From positions 3,813,438 to 3,877,437 of the forward strand of contig NC_083427.1 in NCBI RefSeq assembly GCF_020745735.1: 64,000 nucleotides of DNA. The letters are read 5' to 3'. Both the position numbers and the translations under genes were made by a program. Under the pieces are notes generated by a model. It was not told where the DNA came from, did not search any database, and worked only from the letters and a program-made list of their open reading frames with translations. Below, piece after piece: positions 37,536-51,639 of this stretch. Positions within the stretch are counted from its first letter, which is position 1. Each line of letters starts with the position of its first letter. This stretch comes from Hemiscyllium ocellatum. Lineage: Eukaryota.

Positions 37536-38167
37536 TCCTCATTGAGAGTGGGATTCGAGCTGAACTCCAGGAGAAACCTGGGCCTTTTGGGTTTGTGGAT
37601 TTGGACCCTGTGCGATTATAGCAAACATTGCAATGTTCGTTACTGAAACGGATTTACTCAGGACACAACAGCAATTACCTTAGGGATTCACAAAGTGCAG
37701 TGGGAAAGGACATTCAGTGACAGGCTTAGGGGGCTGGGGGCGAGTTGAGTTATCAGCCCAGAGGCCACAAAGTGAGATAGGGAGACGACAGAGAGAACTA
37801 TGAGGGGCAGTCTCGGAAAAGGAGTAAGCTTTAAGAGAGAGTTTGTCCCGGTGGGCCAGAGGAAAAGATGGAAGCAACTGTTTGGATTGCCTCAATCTTA
37901 GTGACAAAGAAGCTATATGACCTCATTCCTCTTGCTAATAATGAGAATGGAGGAGGGACAGCACTTCAAACAGGACCCAATGTTAATCAAAGGTATTAAA
38001 AGTGATTTAACACAGCAAGAATTTAAAGCTAAGTTACTTTATTTGACCTTTATCCACAATATTAACCCCTTTTAATGCTGTGGGGTTCACTAACATTAAC
38101 AATATATGGACCCAAGACACACAACACAGGCTTGGATGCAACTAACAGCAAAATCCAATGACTGAAG

Positions 38168-39535
38168 TTAGTTATGAATTTTCTGATGTTTCTGCAATGC
38201 AGATGATCGAGTGAATCCCTTCCCACAATCTGAGCAGGTGAATGGCCTCTCCCCAGTGTGAACCCGCTGGTGTCTCAACAGACTGCATAATTGAGTGAAC
38301 GTCATACCACACTCGGAGCAAGTGTAAGGCCTTTCCCCAGTGTGAACCCGCCGGTGAATCACCAGCGTAGACGACCGACTGAATCCCTTTCCACACTCAG
38401 TGCAGATGAACGGCTTCTCGCCAGTGTGAATACTCCGATGTTTCGTCAGGCTGGCTAATTCAGTGAAGCCCCTCCCACACTCAGAGCACATGAACGGCCT
38501 CTCCCCAGTGTGAATCCGCTGGTGTATTACCAGCGTCGATGAGGAAGTGAAATCCTTCCCACACTCTGCACAGGTGAACGGCCTCTCCCCAGTGTGAACT
38601 CGCTGGTGTACCGTAAGGTCAGATGATCGTTTAAACCCAGTCCCACAGTGAGAGCACCTGAATGGTCTCTCGTCAGTGTGAACAAGCTGGTGGGACATCA
38701 GTTCCCCAGAACTTTTATAGCACTTCCCACAGTCTGGGCACTGAAATGGTCTCTCATCAGTATGAAGCCGCTGGTGTATCAACAGCTTGGATGACTGGGC
38801 GAATCCCTTCCCACACAATGAGCAGATGAATGGTCTCTCCCCGGTGTGAAGTCTTTGGTGTGCCAGCAGGGTGGATGACTGAGCGAATCTCTTCCCACAG
38901 TCAGAGCAGGTGAACGGTCTCTCCCCAGTGTGAACCCGCTGGTGTCTCAGGAGGTGGGAGGACTGGGCAAATCCCTTCCCACACTGGGAGCAGGTGAATG
39001 GTTTCTGGCCAGTGTGTACTCGCTGGTGCCTCAGCAAGTGGGAGGTGCGCGTGAATCCCTTCCCACACTCTGAGCAGCTGAACGGCCTCTCCCCAGTGTG
39101 AACTAACTCGTGTGCGGTGAGGTCAGATGACGATTTGAAGCCAGCCCCACAGTGAGAACACCCAAACGGTCTCTCATTGGTGTGAACACTTTGGTGGAAA
39201 ATCAGGTCCCAAGAACTAGTGAAGCACTTGCTGCAGACTGGACACTTAAATGGTCCCTCGTCAGTGTGAGTGCATTGGTGTGTCTGCAAGGTGGAAGAGG
39301 AAGTGAATCCCTTTCCACACTTTGAACAGATCAACAGCCCCTCTCCAACGTGACTGCGCCGATGTGTTTCCAACTCAGACTGGGATCGGAATCCAATCTC
39401 ACAATCCCTACATTGCTTCTCACCACTGTAACTGCATTTATGTTCAAACAGGTCAGACGATCGACTGAAGCCTTGGTCACACACAGAACACATGTACAGT
39501 TTCTCTTCATTGTCAACAGTCCTTTTGTCGTCCAT
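38168..39535 (-). CDS. C2H2 zinc-finger protein E (16 fingers, first degenerate)
   Basis: 455-aa intact ORF. Acceptor CACAG at ~39644, AATAAA on minus at 38038-38043. Confidence 0.92.
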   Translation of the reverse strand: MDDKRTVDNEEKLYMCSVCDQGFSRSSDLFEHKCSYSGEKQCRDCEIGFRSQSELETHRRSHVGEGLLICSKCGKGFTSSSTLQTHQCTHTDEGPFKCPVCSKCFTSSWDLIFHQSVHTNERPFGCSHCGAGFKSSSDLTAHELVHTGERPFSCSECGKGFTRTSHLLRHQRVHTGQKPFTCSQCGKGFAQSSHLLRHQRVHTGERPFTCSDCGKRFAQSSTLLAHQRLHTGERPFICSLCGKGFAQSSKLLIHQRLHTDERPFQCPDCGKCYKSSGELMSHQLVHTDERPFRCSHCGTGFKRSSDLTVHQRVHTGERPFTCAECGKDFTSSSTLVIHQRIHTGERPFMCSECGRGFTELASLTKHRSIHTGEKPFICTECGKGFSRSSTLVIHRRVHTGERPYTCSECGMTFTQLCSLLRHQRVHTGERPFTCSDCGKGFTRSSALQKHQKIHN

Positions 39536-42159
39536 GTTCCAAATCCATCGAGGTCCAGATTACGATAAACTGGGCAACGTCAGCAGCTCCAGAGGGACGT
39601 TCACGTTTTGTTTCCCAATTGCTAATTCTATCCTTTTTACACCCTGTGAAACCAGATATGAAACAGAAAAAAAAAAATACAGGGAGCGTGAGACAATCTA
39701 AAAAAAAACAAGAGGCAGGTTGTGAAACTGCAGCTGAACGAATATGGCAACTTGCAAGGCCAGCTCTGGAGAGAAAAAAAAAGTGATCACAAAAGCTCCT
39801 GGGATTGTCATGAAAGCCCAACCAGTTCACTAACCATCGTTCATGGAAGGGAATTGGTCACTTGGACTCCACTGACAAAAGATGATTGGGAAGAGAATCA
39901 GTGAGAGGGGCAGATTTTATCTCAGCTGTAACCGGATGACAACACTGTTCGATTCTCCCAAGCCCTCCACCTCCACTGCCTGTAAATTCTATCACCTCCC
40001 AGTCACACTCCATTCTGACTTGTCTGACATCCAAGTCTGGATGAACACAATTCCATCAATTTAAATTTGAGAAGACTGAAGCCAATACCTTCGGTCCCTG
40101 CTACAAACTCCACTCCCTCACCACCGACTCACTCTCTCTCCCCACCCTGGCAACTGTCTGATGTGTGACCTCAACTGTTCACAACCACAGTGAAGTATCT
40201 CAGCCCAAGATGAGCTTCCACCCACATCTCAAATTTCATCAAGACCAGCCATTTCCACCTCGGTGACAACTCCAGCAGATTGATGCTGAAACTGTCATTC
40301 CTTCTTTGGTTACCTCAAGATTTAACTGTCCTACCACACTCCTGGTCAGATTCCCACAGTAAACCTCCCTGCAATCTCAAGGCCAGTCAAAGCTCCGCTG
40401 TCCACGTGCTGACTCGCACCAATCACCCCTGTGCTCACTGACCTAAACAGGCTCCCGCTTCAGAATCAGCAAAATACTTAACCTCTCATCCGTGTCTTTC
40501 AAATTCCTACCCATCTCTAATGTCTTCCAGCCTCTCAAACTTCCCTGTCTCTCATCTCGACACACAAATCATGGTTTCTCTTTCCTCCTGAATAATACAG
40601 ATTTGAATTGTTCCACCAATGGGGGCCGTACCTTCGATTGCTAGGGCAGCCTGCTCTGGAGGTTGCCTCCTGAAACACTCTGTCTCTCAACCTCCCTTGA
40701 AACCCCTTCTTTTTCCTCAGCTTTTTACCCTGGTCCTCATAGCCCCATTTGTGGCACTGTGTCAGCCGTTGCTGTGGAACACCTTTAAAATATTCTATTA
40801 TGTAAAAGGCGCTACCCAAGTAAGAAATAGTTGTTGCTAGCTCAGATACGTCACTGCTGCATCACTGCTGGGTGAATAACCTGTCGCTGTTTAGCTAACG
40901 GAATAGTGGGAGCACCTTCACGCGGACCCAACAGCTCAAGGAAATAAAATGTTACCTTTTCCACAGGCCACTGCGGATTGGCAATGTCTGCTGGTCTCTT
41001 TGAAATTTCAGAATCGTAGAATTCCCCATGATAAAAACAAAAGAACAAAAAAATTACAGCACAGGAACAGATGCTTCGGCCCTCCAAGCCTGCGCCGATC
41101 CAGATCCTGTATCTAACCCTGTCGCCATTTCCTTAAGGATCTGTACCCCTCTGCTCTCTGCCCAGGATACATCTTAAATGATGCTATCGTGCCTGCCTCT
41201 ACCATCTCTGCTGGCAACACTTTCCAGGCATCCTGTGGAAAGAACTTTTCACGCATATCTCCCTTAATTTCCCTCCGCCTCACCTTAAACTCGTGACCCC
41301 TTGTAATTGGGTCGCCCACACTGGTGGGGGGGGGGGGGGGGGGGGGATCTTCTTGCTATCCACCCTGTCTATACCTCTCATGACTCTGTAGACCTCAATC
41401 AGGTCCCCTCTCAACCTCCCTCTAATGAAAATAATCCTCGTCTACTCAACCCCTCTTCATAGCTGGCGCCCTCCATGCCAGGTAACGTCCTGATGAGCAT
41501 CCTCTGCACTCTCTCCAATGCCTCCACATCTTTTTGGTCTTGTGGCGACCAGAACTGTACGCAGTATGGAAGCATGCTATTCAGTCCGAACCCAACAGAC
41601 TCTCCAAAGACCGTGCCACCCAGATTCCCCCACCCTATCCTTGCAACCCTGCAATTCCCATGGCTACACTACCCCGCCTGCACACCCATGGACACTATGA
41701 GGCAAATCAGCATGACGGACGCACCTAACCTGTACATCTTTGGACTGTGGGAGGAAACCCACACAGACAGGGAGAACGTGCTAACTCCACAGCGACAGTC
41801 GCACGAGGATGGAATCAAATCCGGGTCCCTGGCGCTGTGAGGCACCAGGGCTAACCATGGAGCCATCGTGCTGTCCCCATCTGTGAAACTGAATTTCACA
41901 ATGTGCAGAATGAACTTTTGGGAACAAAAACGGGGCAGAAAGTGGCTAATGTGAGCCGAAAAGTGAAAGGGAAATGGACACTAGTGCAGGAAAACCAAAT
42001 CCTGACTGTGAAAGTACCTTCCTGTGGGAAGGTAAAGCTGGTAAGTCAACAGCACATACTCAGGGGACAGTCAGTGGTAGGAAGTTGGGCTTAAATATCA
42101 AGTCTGTTTAAAACTATTATTATTTTTACACACTGGCAGAGAAGTGACCAAGGAGGGCA

Positions 42160-42810
42160 GAAGTAGAGTCGCAGGTACTTAGGATAGTGAAGAAGGCATT
42201 TGGTATGTTTTTCTTTATTGGTCAGAGTATTGAGTACAGGAGTTGGGAGGTCATGTTGCGGTTGTACAGGGCTTTGGTTAGGCCACTGTTGGAATATTGT
42301 GTGTAATTCTGATCTCTTTCCTATCGGAAAGATGTTGTAAAACTTGAAAGGGCTCAGAAAAGGATGTTGCCAGGGTTGGAGGATTTAAGTATAGGGAGAG
42401 GCTGAGCAGGCTGGGGCTGTTTTCCCTGGAGTGTCGAAGGCTGAGGGGGTGACCTTTTTAGAGGTTTATAAAATCAAGATAAATACACAAGGTCTTTTCC
42501 CTGGGGTGGGAAAATCTAGAACTAGAGGGCATAGGTTTGGGGTCAGAGGGCAAAGATATAAAAGAGACCGAAGGGGCAACTTTTTCATGCAGAGGGTGGT
42601 GTGTATATGGAATCAGCTGCCAGAGGAGGTAGTGGGGGCTGGGACAATTGCAGCATTTGAAAGGCAGCTGGATGGGGACATGAAGCGGAAGAGTTTCAAG
42701 AGATACGGGCCAAGTGCTGGCAAATGGGACTAGATTGGATTGGGACATCTGGTCAGCATGGACGGGTTGGACTGACAGGTCTGTTTCCGAGCTGTACGTC
42801 TGTGACTCTA
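42160..42810 (+). mobile_element. CR1 LINE 3' fragment
   Basis: RTRGHRF, RGNFF.QRVV..WNQLPEEVV, 3' UTR. Confidence 0.88.
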
Positions 42811-43318
42811 ACTGAAACACAGCAATGGATGGACATGGGCGAGATCAACAGTAAAGGAGCCACACCAGCAGCAAAGCCTTGGAAATACTTCTAACAGCAA
42901 GATTCGCTTCACAGTGTGTAAACATCATCTCTTGACATTCAACACTAGCACTGGATTCCCACTCTCAACTTGCCGGCAGTTACCTTTGACCAGAAATGGA
43001 ACAAGCCATAGAAATAAGCGGGCCGAGGAGCAGGTCAGAGGCTAGAAATCCGACAGTGAGAAGGTCAGTGACTCCCTGAAGTTTGTCCACATCTCCAAGG
43101 CACAAGCCAGAGGTGTAATGGAGTACTCCCCACCTCCCTGGACGAGTGGAGCTTCAACAACCCTCAATAAGCTTGACATTGTGCAGGACAAAGCAGCCAC
43201 GCTTGTCTGGCATCACATCCACAAACATCTCCTTACTCCACCACCAGCACTCTGGAGCAAGTGTGTTGCATCTACAAATAAACACCGCAGATATTCACCT
43301 AGGCCTCTTGGACAGCAC

Positions 43319-43555
43319 TGAAAATGTGTTGCTGGAAAAGCGCAGCAGGTCAGACAGCATCCAAAGAGCAGGAGAATCGACGTTTCAGGCATGAGCCCTT
43401 CTTCAGGAATGATTATTATTGAAAATCCTGAAGAAGGGCTCATGCCCAAAACGTTGATTCTCCTGCTCTTTGGATGCTGCCTGACCTGCTGCGCTTTTCC
43501 AGCAACACATTTTCCAGCTCTGATCTCCAGCGTCTGCAGTCCTCGCTTTCTCCTA
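43319..43555. mobile_element. Fold-back element (family 1) with two hammerhead motifs and perfect 12-bp TSD
   Basis: About 90-bp near-perfect inverted arms. CTTGGACAGCAC at 43307-43318 and 43556-43567. Confidence 0.85.
43375..43410 (-). ncRNA. Minimal type I hammerhead ribozyme motif (intact core)
   Basis: ATTC-CTGAAGA-A-GGGC-TCAT-GCCT-GAAA-C-GTC-GATT. The partner copy at 43424-43459 (+) has GAAA changed to AAAA. Confidence 0.6.
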
Positions 43556-43769
43556 CTTGGACAGCACCTCTGAAACCCATCTCTCGGTCCTGATAGACTT
43601 CAGCCTCAGGTCTTCAAAGACATCAGCTACAAATTCACAGCTACTTCCATCTTGAAGGTCAAAAGCAGCAGACACATGGGAGCACAAACACCCGCGAGAT
43701 GCCCTCAGCGCCTGACAAGAGATGGGGCAATAACTTGACCTCCTCCTGGGAAATAATTCAGGCCAAGTG

Positions 43770-46700
43770 ACTCCGGTGTTAGCCTAGCACTTTTGGACCA
43801 GTGACCACAATTCTATTCGTTTTAAAATTGCTTCGGAAGAGACAGGCCTGGCCCACAAGTTCGAAATTGAAGCTAGGCCAACTTTGATGGTGCTAGACAG
43901 GAACGTTAATTGATGGAGGTTGTTTATAGGTAAAGGGCCGGCAAGTGAGAGGCTTTCAAAAGCAAGAAAACAAGAGTTCAGGATCAGCATGTTCCTCTTA
44001 GTGTGAAGGGCAAGACTGCCAGGAGTAGGGCACATGGGATGACGACAGATGTTGAGGCCCCGATCAAGAAAAAGGAGGCATATGTCAAAATAGAGAGTTG
44101 GGGTCAAGGGAATCCCTTGAGGTGGTAGGGAAGTATAGGGAGTGTGCTCAAGGACAAAAATCAGGAAGGCAAAATAAAAGGGGGAATGAAATAGCTTTGG
44201 CAGATCACATTAGGGAGAATCCAAAGAGATTCTACTAAGTACATTAACAGCAAAAGAGTAACAAGGGAGAGAATAGGGACCCATAAAGATCAGCAAGGCT
44301 GTCTATATGTGGAACCACAGGAGATGGGGGAATGATCCTAAATGAACATTTCAAATCAATATTCAACATGGAACCTTAAGAGCCGGGGAAAATAAATAGT
44401 GATGGCTTGAAAAGGGTCCGTATTACAGAAGAGGTGGTGCTGGACGTCTTAATGGTAGATTAATCCCTGGGACCTCATCAAGTGTATCCCACGACATTGT
44501 AGAAAGCTAGGGAAGAAATTGTCGTGTCCCAAGCATAAATAATTGTATCGTTGACAGCCACAGGTGAGGTGCCAGAAGATTGGAGGGTGGCCAATGTTGC
44601 ACCATTACTTAAGAAAAGTTGCAAGGAAAACCAGGGAACTACAGACCAAGGAGCCTGACATCATCAGTGTGTAAGTCATTGGAGGGGATTCGGAGAGACA
44701 GGATTTACATGCATTCGGAAAGGCAAGGACTGATTTGGGATAGTCAGCAGAGCTTTGTACGTGGAAAAGCACGCCTCACAAACTTGACTGAGTTTGAGAT
44801 GAGAGCAGACTTTTTTTTTTAAGATTAGATTAATTACAGTGTGGAAACAGGCCCTTCGGCCCAACAAGTTCACACCGACCTACCGAAGCGCACCCACCCA
44901 GACCCATTCCCCTACATTTACTCCTGCACCTAACACTACGGGCAATTTAGCATGGCCAATTCACCTAACCTGGACAATTTTGGACTGTGGAAGGAAATCC
45001 ACAGACACGGGGAGAATGTGCAAACTCCGCACAGTCAATTGCCTGAAGCGGGAATTGAACCTGGGTCTCTGGTGCTGTGAGGCAGCAGTGCCAACCACTG
45101 TGCTGCCCACTGTTATAAATTATTCAGATTCCCTGGTTTCTGGTGTTATGTTAAACCACCCTGCCTATACTGACATCAGCAAGGCCTTCAGCGAGCTTCC
45201 ACATTGTGAATTGGCTAGTAAAGTTAGATCACATAGGATCCAAGGGGAGATAGCCAACTGGATTCAAAATTGGCTCGATGGCAATTGGAGCGAGAGGCTG
45301 GTGGTAGAGGATTGTTGTTCAGGTACGAGGTCTGTGACCAGTGGCTAAGTGCTGGGTCCACTGCTGTTTGTCATTTATATGAGCAATTTGGATGAGAATA
45401 TAGGAGGCACGGTTAGTGCGTTTGCAGACAACATAAACTGGTGGTGGAGCGGACAGTGAAGATGGTTATCTAAGAGTACAATGGGATCTTGATGAATTGG
45501 GACAGTGAGTCAAGGCATGGTGGATGGAGTTTAATGTAGACAAATGGAAGGTGTTGCTTTCTGCTAAGACAAACAGGGCAAGACTTGCATAGTTAATATG
45601 AGGGCCATGGGGTGTGTTGTCAAACAGGGACCTAGGGGTGCAGTAACATAGTTCCTTTAAAGTGGTATCACAGCTAGGCAGGCTGAAGGCGGTGTCTGGC
45701 ACACTTGACTTCACAGGTCAGAGCATCGAGTACGGAAATTGGGACATCGTGTTACAGCTATACAAGATATTGTTAAGGCCACGTCTGGAATACTGTGTAC
45801 AATTCTGATATAGGAAAGCCACAAAAAAAGAGGTACAGCCATGCGACTGTGACTGCCAGGGGTGCATCATAAGGAGAGGCGAGGTAGACTGGGACATTTT
45901 TCCTTGGAGCTTGGGAGGCTCAGGGGCGATCTGCAGAGGTTTATAAAGTCATGACGGACTTACATAAAGTCTTTTCACCAGGGAAGGGGTGCCCAAAATA
46001 GAGGCAGTTGGTTTAAGAGGGCGAGGGGGAAGACTGGACAAGGACCTGAGGGACAACCTTTCCTTCCTGAAGGTGGTGCATATATGGAATGAGTTGCCAG
46101 AGGAAGCAGAAGAGGTGGCTACAATTATAACATTCAAAAGACATTTGGACAGGTCCATGGACTGAGTCAGAGGTCCACAGCATGGAAACAGGCCCTTCAG
46201 TCCAACATGCCGACCAGATATCCTAACCTAATCTAGTCCTATTTGCCAGACTTGGCCCATATTCCTCTAAACCCTTCCTAATCATGCATCCATCCAGATA
46301 ACTTAAATGCTGGAATTGTACCAGCCTCCACCACTTCCTCTGGCAGTTCATTCAATACACGCACCACCCTCTGTGTGAAAAAGTTGCCCCTTATGTCCCT
46401 TTTAAAATCTTTCCACTCGCACCATAAACCTATGCCCTCTAGGTCTGGACTACCCTAGCCCAGGGAAAAGACCTTGTCTGTTTACCCTATCCATGCACCC
46501 TGATGATATTATAAATCTCTACAAGGTCACCCCTCAGCCTTCAGGGAAAACAGCCCGAGCCTATTCAGCCTCTCCCTATGGCTCAAATCCTGGCAACATC
46601 CATGTGAATCTTTTCTGAACCCTTTCGAATTTCACAATATCTTTCCAACAGAAAGGAGACCAGAATTCCTCCAAAATGGGATAGGAATGGTTTAGAGGGA

Positions 46701-46790
46701 TATGAGCCATATGGAACTAGTTCAGTCTAGGGAAACCTGGTCAGCATAGACGGGTTGGGGCAAAGGGTCTGTTCCCATACTCTACGACAC
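43770..46790 (+). mobile_element. Long decayed CR1 ORF2 with nested SINE (44821-45108, -) and nested antisense CR1 fragment (~46165-46670)
   Basis: KPGNYRPRSLTS, DISKAF, WIQNWL. The plus-strand 3' end resumes at ~46677 after the antisense insert. Confidence 0.8.
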
Positions 46791-47805
46791 CCACATCCTC
46801 TGGACAATCAGGAAAACGTTATGGTGCAGATGGTGGCTCTTCAGCCAACTACAGCTGCTCCAAATTTTTAACACAATTACTCATCTTTCACCTCAGTCAG
46901 TCAGAGAAAAACCTCAGCTGAAGGAATCCCGAGAGCTCAAAAACACACAAGGGAACACAGAGCATCTGTGTCTCTGCACACCAGTGATCAACACACACTG
47001 TGAAAGATGGGGAGGATCTCCAAGAAGATGCAGAGGAGATTTACCAGAATGGTTCGAGGGATGAGGAACTGGAGTTGCAAGGTTCGGGAATTTTTCATAT
47101 TTGGCCCACGGTTAAGGGGGCATCCTTGGCTAAAGTAACATTTAATGCTCGTCCATAATTTCCTTCTCAAAATTCTTTGGGTGGTAGGTACATCCGTTGT
47201 GCCGGCAGCAAGTGACTTCCAGGATTTCGGCCATGACGGTGATGGAATGGCAGTGATACAGGTGAGTCAAGACTGTGGGGGGGCTTGGAGGGAAAACTTG
47301 CAGATGGCGATTCTCTCATGCTGCCTTTGTTGTTCTCAGTAGTAGAGGTCATAGGTTTGGAGACAGGGTGAGTTACTGCAGTGCATTCTTGTGTGTGGTA
47401 GACCTTGCAGCGTCAGTGGATGCTGAAGGCGATAAAACCAAAAAGAAAGAAAGAAAAATTCGAATGCACTGCTTGACCCTGGATGGTGCCGGGTTTCTAA
47501 AACCCTCTGTTGGGAGCTGCACCAATTCACTTAAATCGAGGGTGTCTCATTCACACTTCTGAGCTGTGCTTTGGAGAAACTGGGGAGTCAGGAGGTTGGA
47601 GAAACAGATTTCCTCCTTGCTGCAAACGATATCAAGAGGAGATTTGACCGAAGTGCGATCGAAAAAATAATGTTAAATAAGGTAGAAAAAGTTTTCCGAC
47701 TAGCTGATGGTAAAAGGATTACGGGACAGATTATTGAAGGAGATTCAAAGAGGACGACAGCAAAATTGGTGCCATAAGTGGACGCTGAAGGCGGCTTTCT
47801 AAGAT

Positions 47806-48125
47806 GGGGCGGCATGGTGGCTCAGTGGTTAGCACCGCTGCCTCACAGCGCCAGGGTCTCAGGTTCGATTCCAACCTCGGGTGACTGTCTGTGCGGAGTT
47901 TGCACATTCTCCCCGCGTCTGTGTGGGGATGCTCCGGTTTCCTCCCACAGTCCAAAGACGTGCAGGTTAGGGTGAATTGCCCATGCCAAATTGCCCATAG
48001 TGTTAGGTGCATCAGTCAGAGGGAAATGGGTCTGGGTGGATTACTCTTCAGAGGGTCGGTGTGGACTGGTTGGGCTGAAGGGCCTGTTTTCACACTGTAG
48101 GGAATCTAATATAATCTAATCTAAT
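47806..48125 (+). mobile_element. HE1-like V-SINE, full length
   Basis: GGGGCGGCATGGTGGCTCAGTGG...GGGAATCTAAT tail. Confidence 0.9.
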
Positions 48126-48164
48126 TCAATGGCAAAGTTTTTACCCATTGATGAAAGGGTTGAA

Positions 48165-48890
48165 AAATGGCAGAAATGGATAAATGCAAAGTATTGCATT
48201 TTGGTACAACAAACAAGGGGAGGCCTTATACAATTAATGGCTGGACACTGGGTAGTGTTATAGAACAGAGGGACATGGGAGTGCTGGTGTATAATTCTTT
48301 GAAATTTGCAGGGTGATTAAAAAGGTGTTTGACATGCTTGCCTTTGTTGCTCAGTCCTTTGAGCTAGGAAGTCACACTCGAGTTTGTACAGGACAGTGGG
48401 GAGGCCTCTCCTGGAATACTGTGTCCAGTTCCGGTCACCCAGTTATCGGAAGGATATTAACATGAGGGAGAATGTTTAGAAGAGATTGATCAGGATGTTG
48501 CCGGGTATAGAAGGTTTGAGTTATTAAGAAAAGTCTGATGGGCTAGGACTTTTTTTTTCACTGGACTTTGAGGTGACCTGATAGAAGTTTGTAAAATAAT
48601 AAGAGGTGTAGAGTTAATGGTAGTTGTCTTTTCACTAGAATGGGGGATTTCAAGACCAGGGGACACAGTTTTAAGGTGAGAGAAGAGAAGCTTTTTTTTT
48701 AAACATACTGGGTGGTTCAGTTGTAATGGATGCAGGTACACTTTCAAGATTTAAAGACATTTGGATAGATAGACGCATAGGTTGGGAGGGATATGGGCCA
48801 GGAGCAGACAGATGGGACTAATTTAATTTGGGATAATGTTCAGCATAGACTGGTTGGACCTGAAGGATCTGTTTCTGTGCTGTATGACTA
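48165..48890 (+). mobile_element. CR1 LINE 3' fragment, old
   Basis: Degenerate RT C-terminus and 3' UTR. Confidence 0.75.
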
Positions 48891-49599
48891 TGAGGCAATC
48901 AGAAATTTTATGCAGTGAGTGCTAATTACCTGGAAATGGACAGTTAGAGCAAAAAGCTTCTAATACAGTTCTGAAGAACAGTTGAATCCATCACGTGACG
49001 TTTGATTTCAGATTCCTGCTTGCAAATCCTTTTGTAACATCCTGTAAAAGTCGAATACAAAAGCAATCACAGGCAGTAGGTCAAGGATAGGAAATCAAAA
49101 GTGCTAAACATTATTTGTGGTTTCATAAAAGAGTTGTGGACGGTGAGAATCAAAAAACAAGCACACGTTTCTGCAGAAACTCAGCAGGTACATCAGCATG
49201 TTCTCTCTCCACAGATGCTGTCATACTGCTCAGGCTCTCCATACATTTGGGTCTGCCACTTGCGGTTTCTCAATTCTCCGAACCTTAACCACCCGTCAAA
49301 GGAGTTACCAAAATCCATCACTGTCAGTTCAGGACAGAAATTAACTGTATCCCCTCCTCCTAGCCAGCATTACCACACATGCTCATCCAACTCAGTGTAC
49401 TATTGCCACCTTCACCCCATATCCTTTAGCCTCTTTTCTCTAACAGAATTCCACAGGATCCTCACTCACTGCATGAAGAAATTTCTCATCTCAATCTCAC
49501 GTAGACTAGAAGAATGCTTAGTCTGCGACCCTCGGATTTGCAAGGCCCATTCAATGTGACAGAAAATGGTCGTTGGGCCAAAGATGTTTTTATCTTATC

Positions 49600-50227
49600 G
49601 TTTGGTATGCTTTCCTTTATGGGTCAGAGTATTGAGTACAGGAGTTGGGAGGTCACGTTGCGACTGCACAGGACATTGGTTAGGCCACTGTTGGAATATT
49701 GCGTGTAATTCTGGTCTCCTTCCTATTGGTAAGGTGTTGTGAAACTTGAAAGGGTTCAGTAAAGACTTACAAGGATGTTGCCAGGGTTGGAGGATTTGAG
49801 CTACAGGGAGAGGTTGAATAGGCTGGGGCTGTTTTCCCTGGAACGTCGGAGGCTGAGAGGTGACCTTAAAGAAGTTCTGAAATCATGAGGGGCATGAATA
49901 GGATAAACAGACAAGGTCTTTTCCCTGAGGTAGGGGAGTCCAGAACTAGAGGGCGTAGGTTTAGGGTGAGAGGGGAAAGATATAAAAGAGACCTAAGGGG
50001 CAATTCTTTTCATGCACAGGGTGGTACGTGTATGGAATGAGCTGCCAAAGGAAGTGGTGGAGGTTAGTACAATTTAAAAGGCATCTGGATTGGTGTATGA
50101 CTAGGAAGGGTTTGGAGGGATATGGGCCGGGTGCTGGCAGGTGGGACTAGATTGGGTTGGGATATCTGGTCAGCATGGACAGGTTGGACAGAAGGGTCTG
50201 TTTCCGTGCTGTACATCTCTATGACTC
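49600..50227 (+). mobile_element. CR1 LINE 3' fragment
   Basis: QSIEYRSWEV.LRL.RTLVRPLLEYCV, through the 3' end TCTATGACTC. Confidence 0.9.
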
Positions 50228-51119
50228 CATTCCCTGATGACAATCTCACATCTTTTCCCAATGTCACTGCAAGGCATTTCCATCCAAACAATGATCCAAC
50301 GCGCTCTTCAATACTTCAACTGAACCTGCCTTCACATTTCCAGGCAATACATTCCACATCCTAATGAGTATTGTGTGAAAATGTTCTCTCTCACAACCCC
50401 CTTGAATCTTTTGCACATCGGATTTGTTTTTCTTTTCCAAAATGGCAAAAACCTTCCTCCCATCGATAGTTTCCATTCATGATTTTGAAAAACTCAGATC
50501 TCCTCTTAGTCCCCTTCACTCCAGAGAGGACAGGTCCACTTCGTCAATCTATCCAAACAACTAAAGTTTCTCATTGCCGGAATCACCCTTGCAAATTATT
50601 TCACCATCCAATACAAAGAAATCACAGCTTCATGGGCAGCAACCTCCTCCAAGTCAATCCAAATAATATCTTTTAACAAACATGGCAGCTGTGAATGTGC
50701 ACAAACGATGTGCCACTCCTTCCTGACACTCTGCTCCTTCCCACCTACCCCTTCCCTCTCTGCCCTCCACTCCCCTCTTGCCCCCACCACCCTCTTTGCC
50801 CTCTCCACAATTCTTCTCGCAACACCCATTCCCTCCCAATGTCCAACCCCATTCCCCACAACGTCACAGCCCCTCACAATAACCCCCAATGTTGTAGCGG
50901 CCTCAACCCCCCCCAACCTCGCACCCCCTCCCCATTCATCCCGTCACCCCCTATCCTGCCACTCCCCCAACACTGCATCGTCTCATCGCATCCCCCCCCC
51001 AAAACCGTACACCCAAACCCACCCACATCGCACCCCAACCCCCTTCATGCCTTATCCCCCCAACCCCACCCTGCAACCACCCTCCACGCCGTGTACCCCC
51101 CCAATTTCCCCCACATTGC

Positions 51120-51610
51120 AGCCCCAACCCTCCTCCACACCGTATCCCCCCCAAACTCCCCCCACATTGCACCCCCAACCCTCCTCCACACCGTATCCCC
51201 CCAAATCACACCCCCAACCCTCCTCCACACCGTATCCCCCCAAATCACACCCCCAACCCTCCTCCACACCGTATCCCCCCAAATCGCACCCCCAACCCTC
51301 CTCCACACCGTATCCCCCCAAATCGCACCCCCAACCCTCCTCCACACCGTATCCCCCCAAATCGCACCCCCAACCCTCCTCCACACCGTATCCCCCCAAA
51401 TCGCACCCCCAACCCTCCTCCACACCGTATCCCCCCAAATCGCACCCCCAACCCTCCTCCACACCGTATCCCCCCAAATCACACCCCCAACCCTCCTCCA
51501 CACCGTATCCCCCAACACCGTATCCCCTCTCCCCCTACACAGTATCCCCTCTCTCCCCCCCCCCACCCCCACCACCACCACCACCACCACCACCACCACC
51601 ACCACCACCA
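51120..51610. repeat. 39-bp C-rich minisatellite (~10 copies) followed by (CAC)n
   Basis: Unit ACCCCCAACCCTCCTCCACACCGTATCCCCCCAAATC(A/G)C; (ACC)n at ~51571-51610. Confidence 0.95.
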
Positions 51611-51639
51611 ACACAGTATCCCCCATCACCCAGGGCCCC

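Noticed and set aside
47806-47880. tRNA-like A/B boxes here and in other copies
   Set aside because: They are heads of HE1-type SINEs continuing into the V-domain, not tRNA genes.
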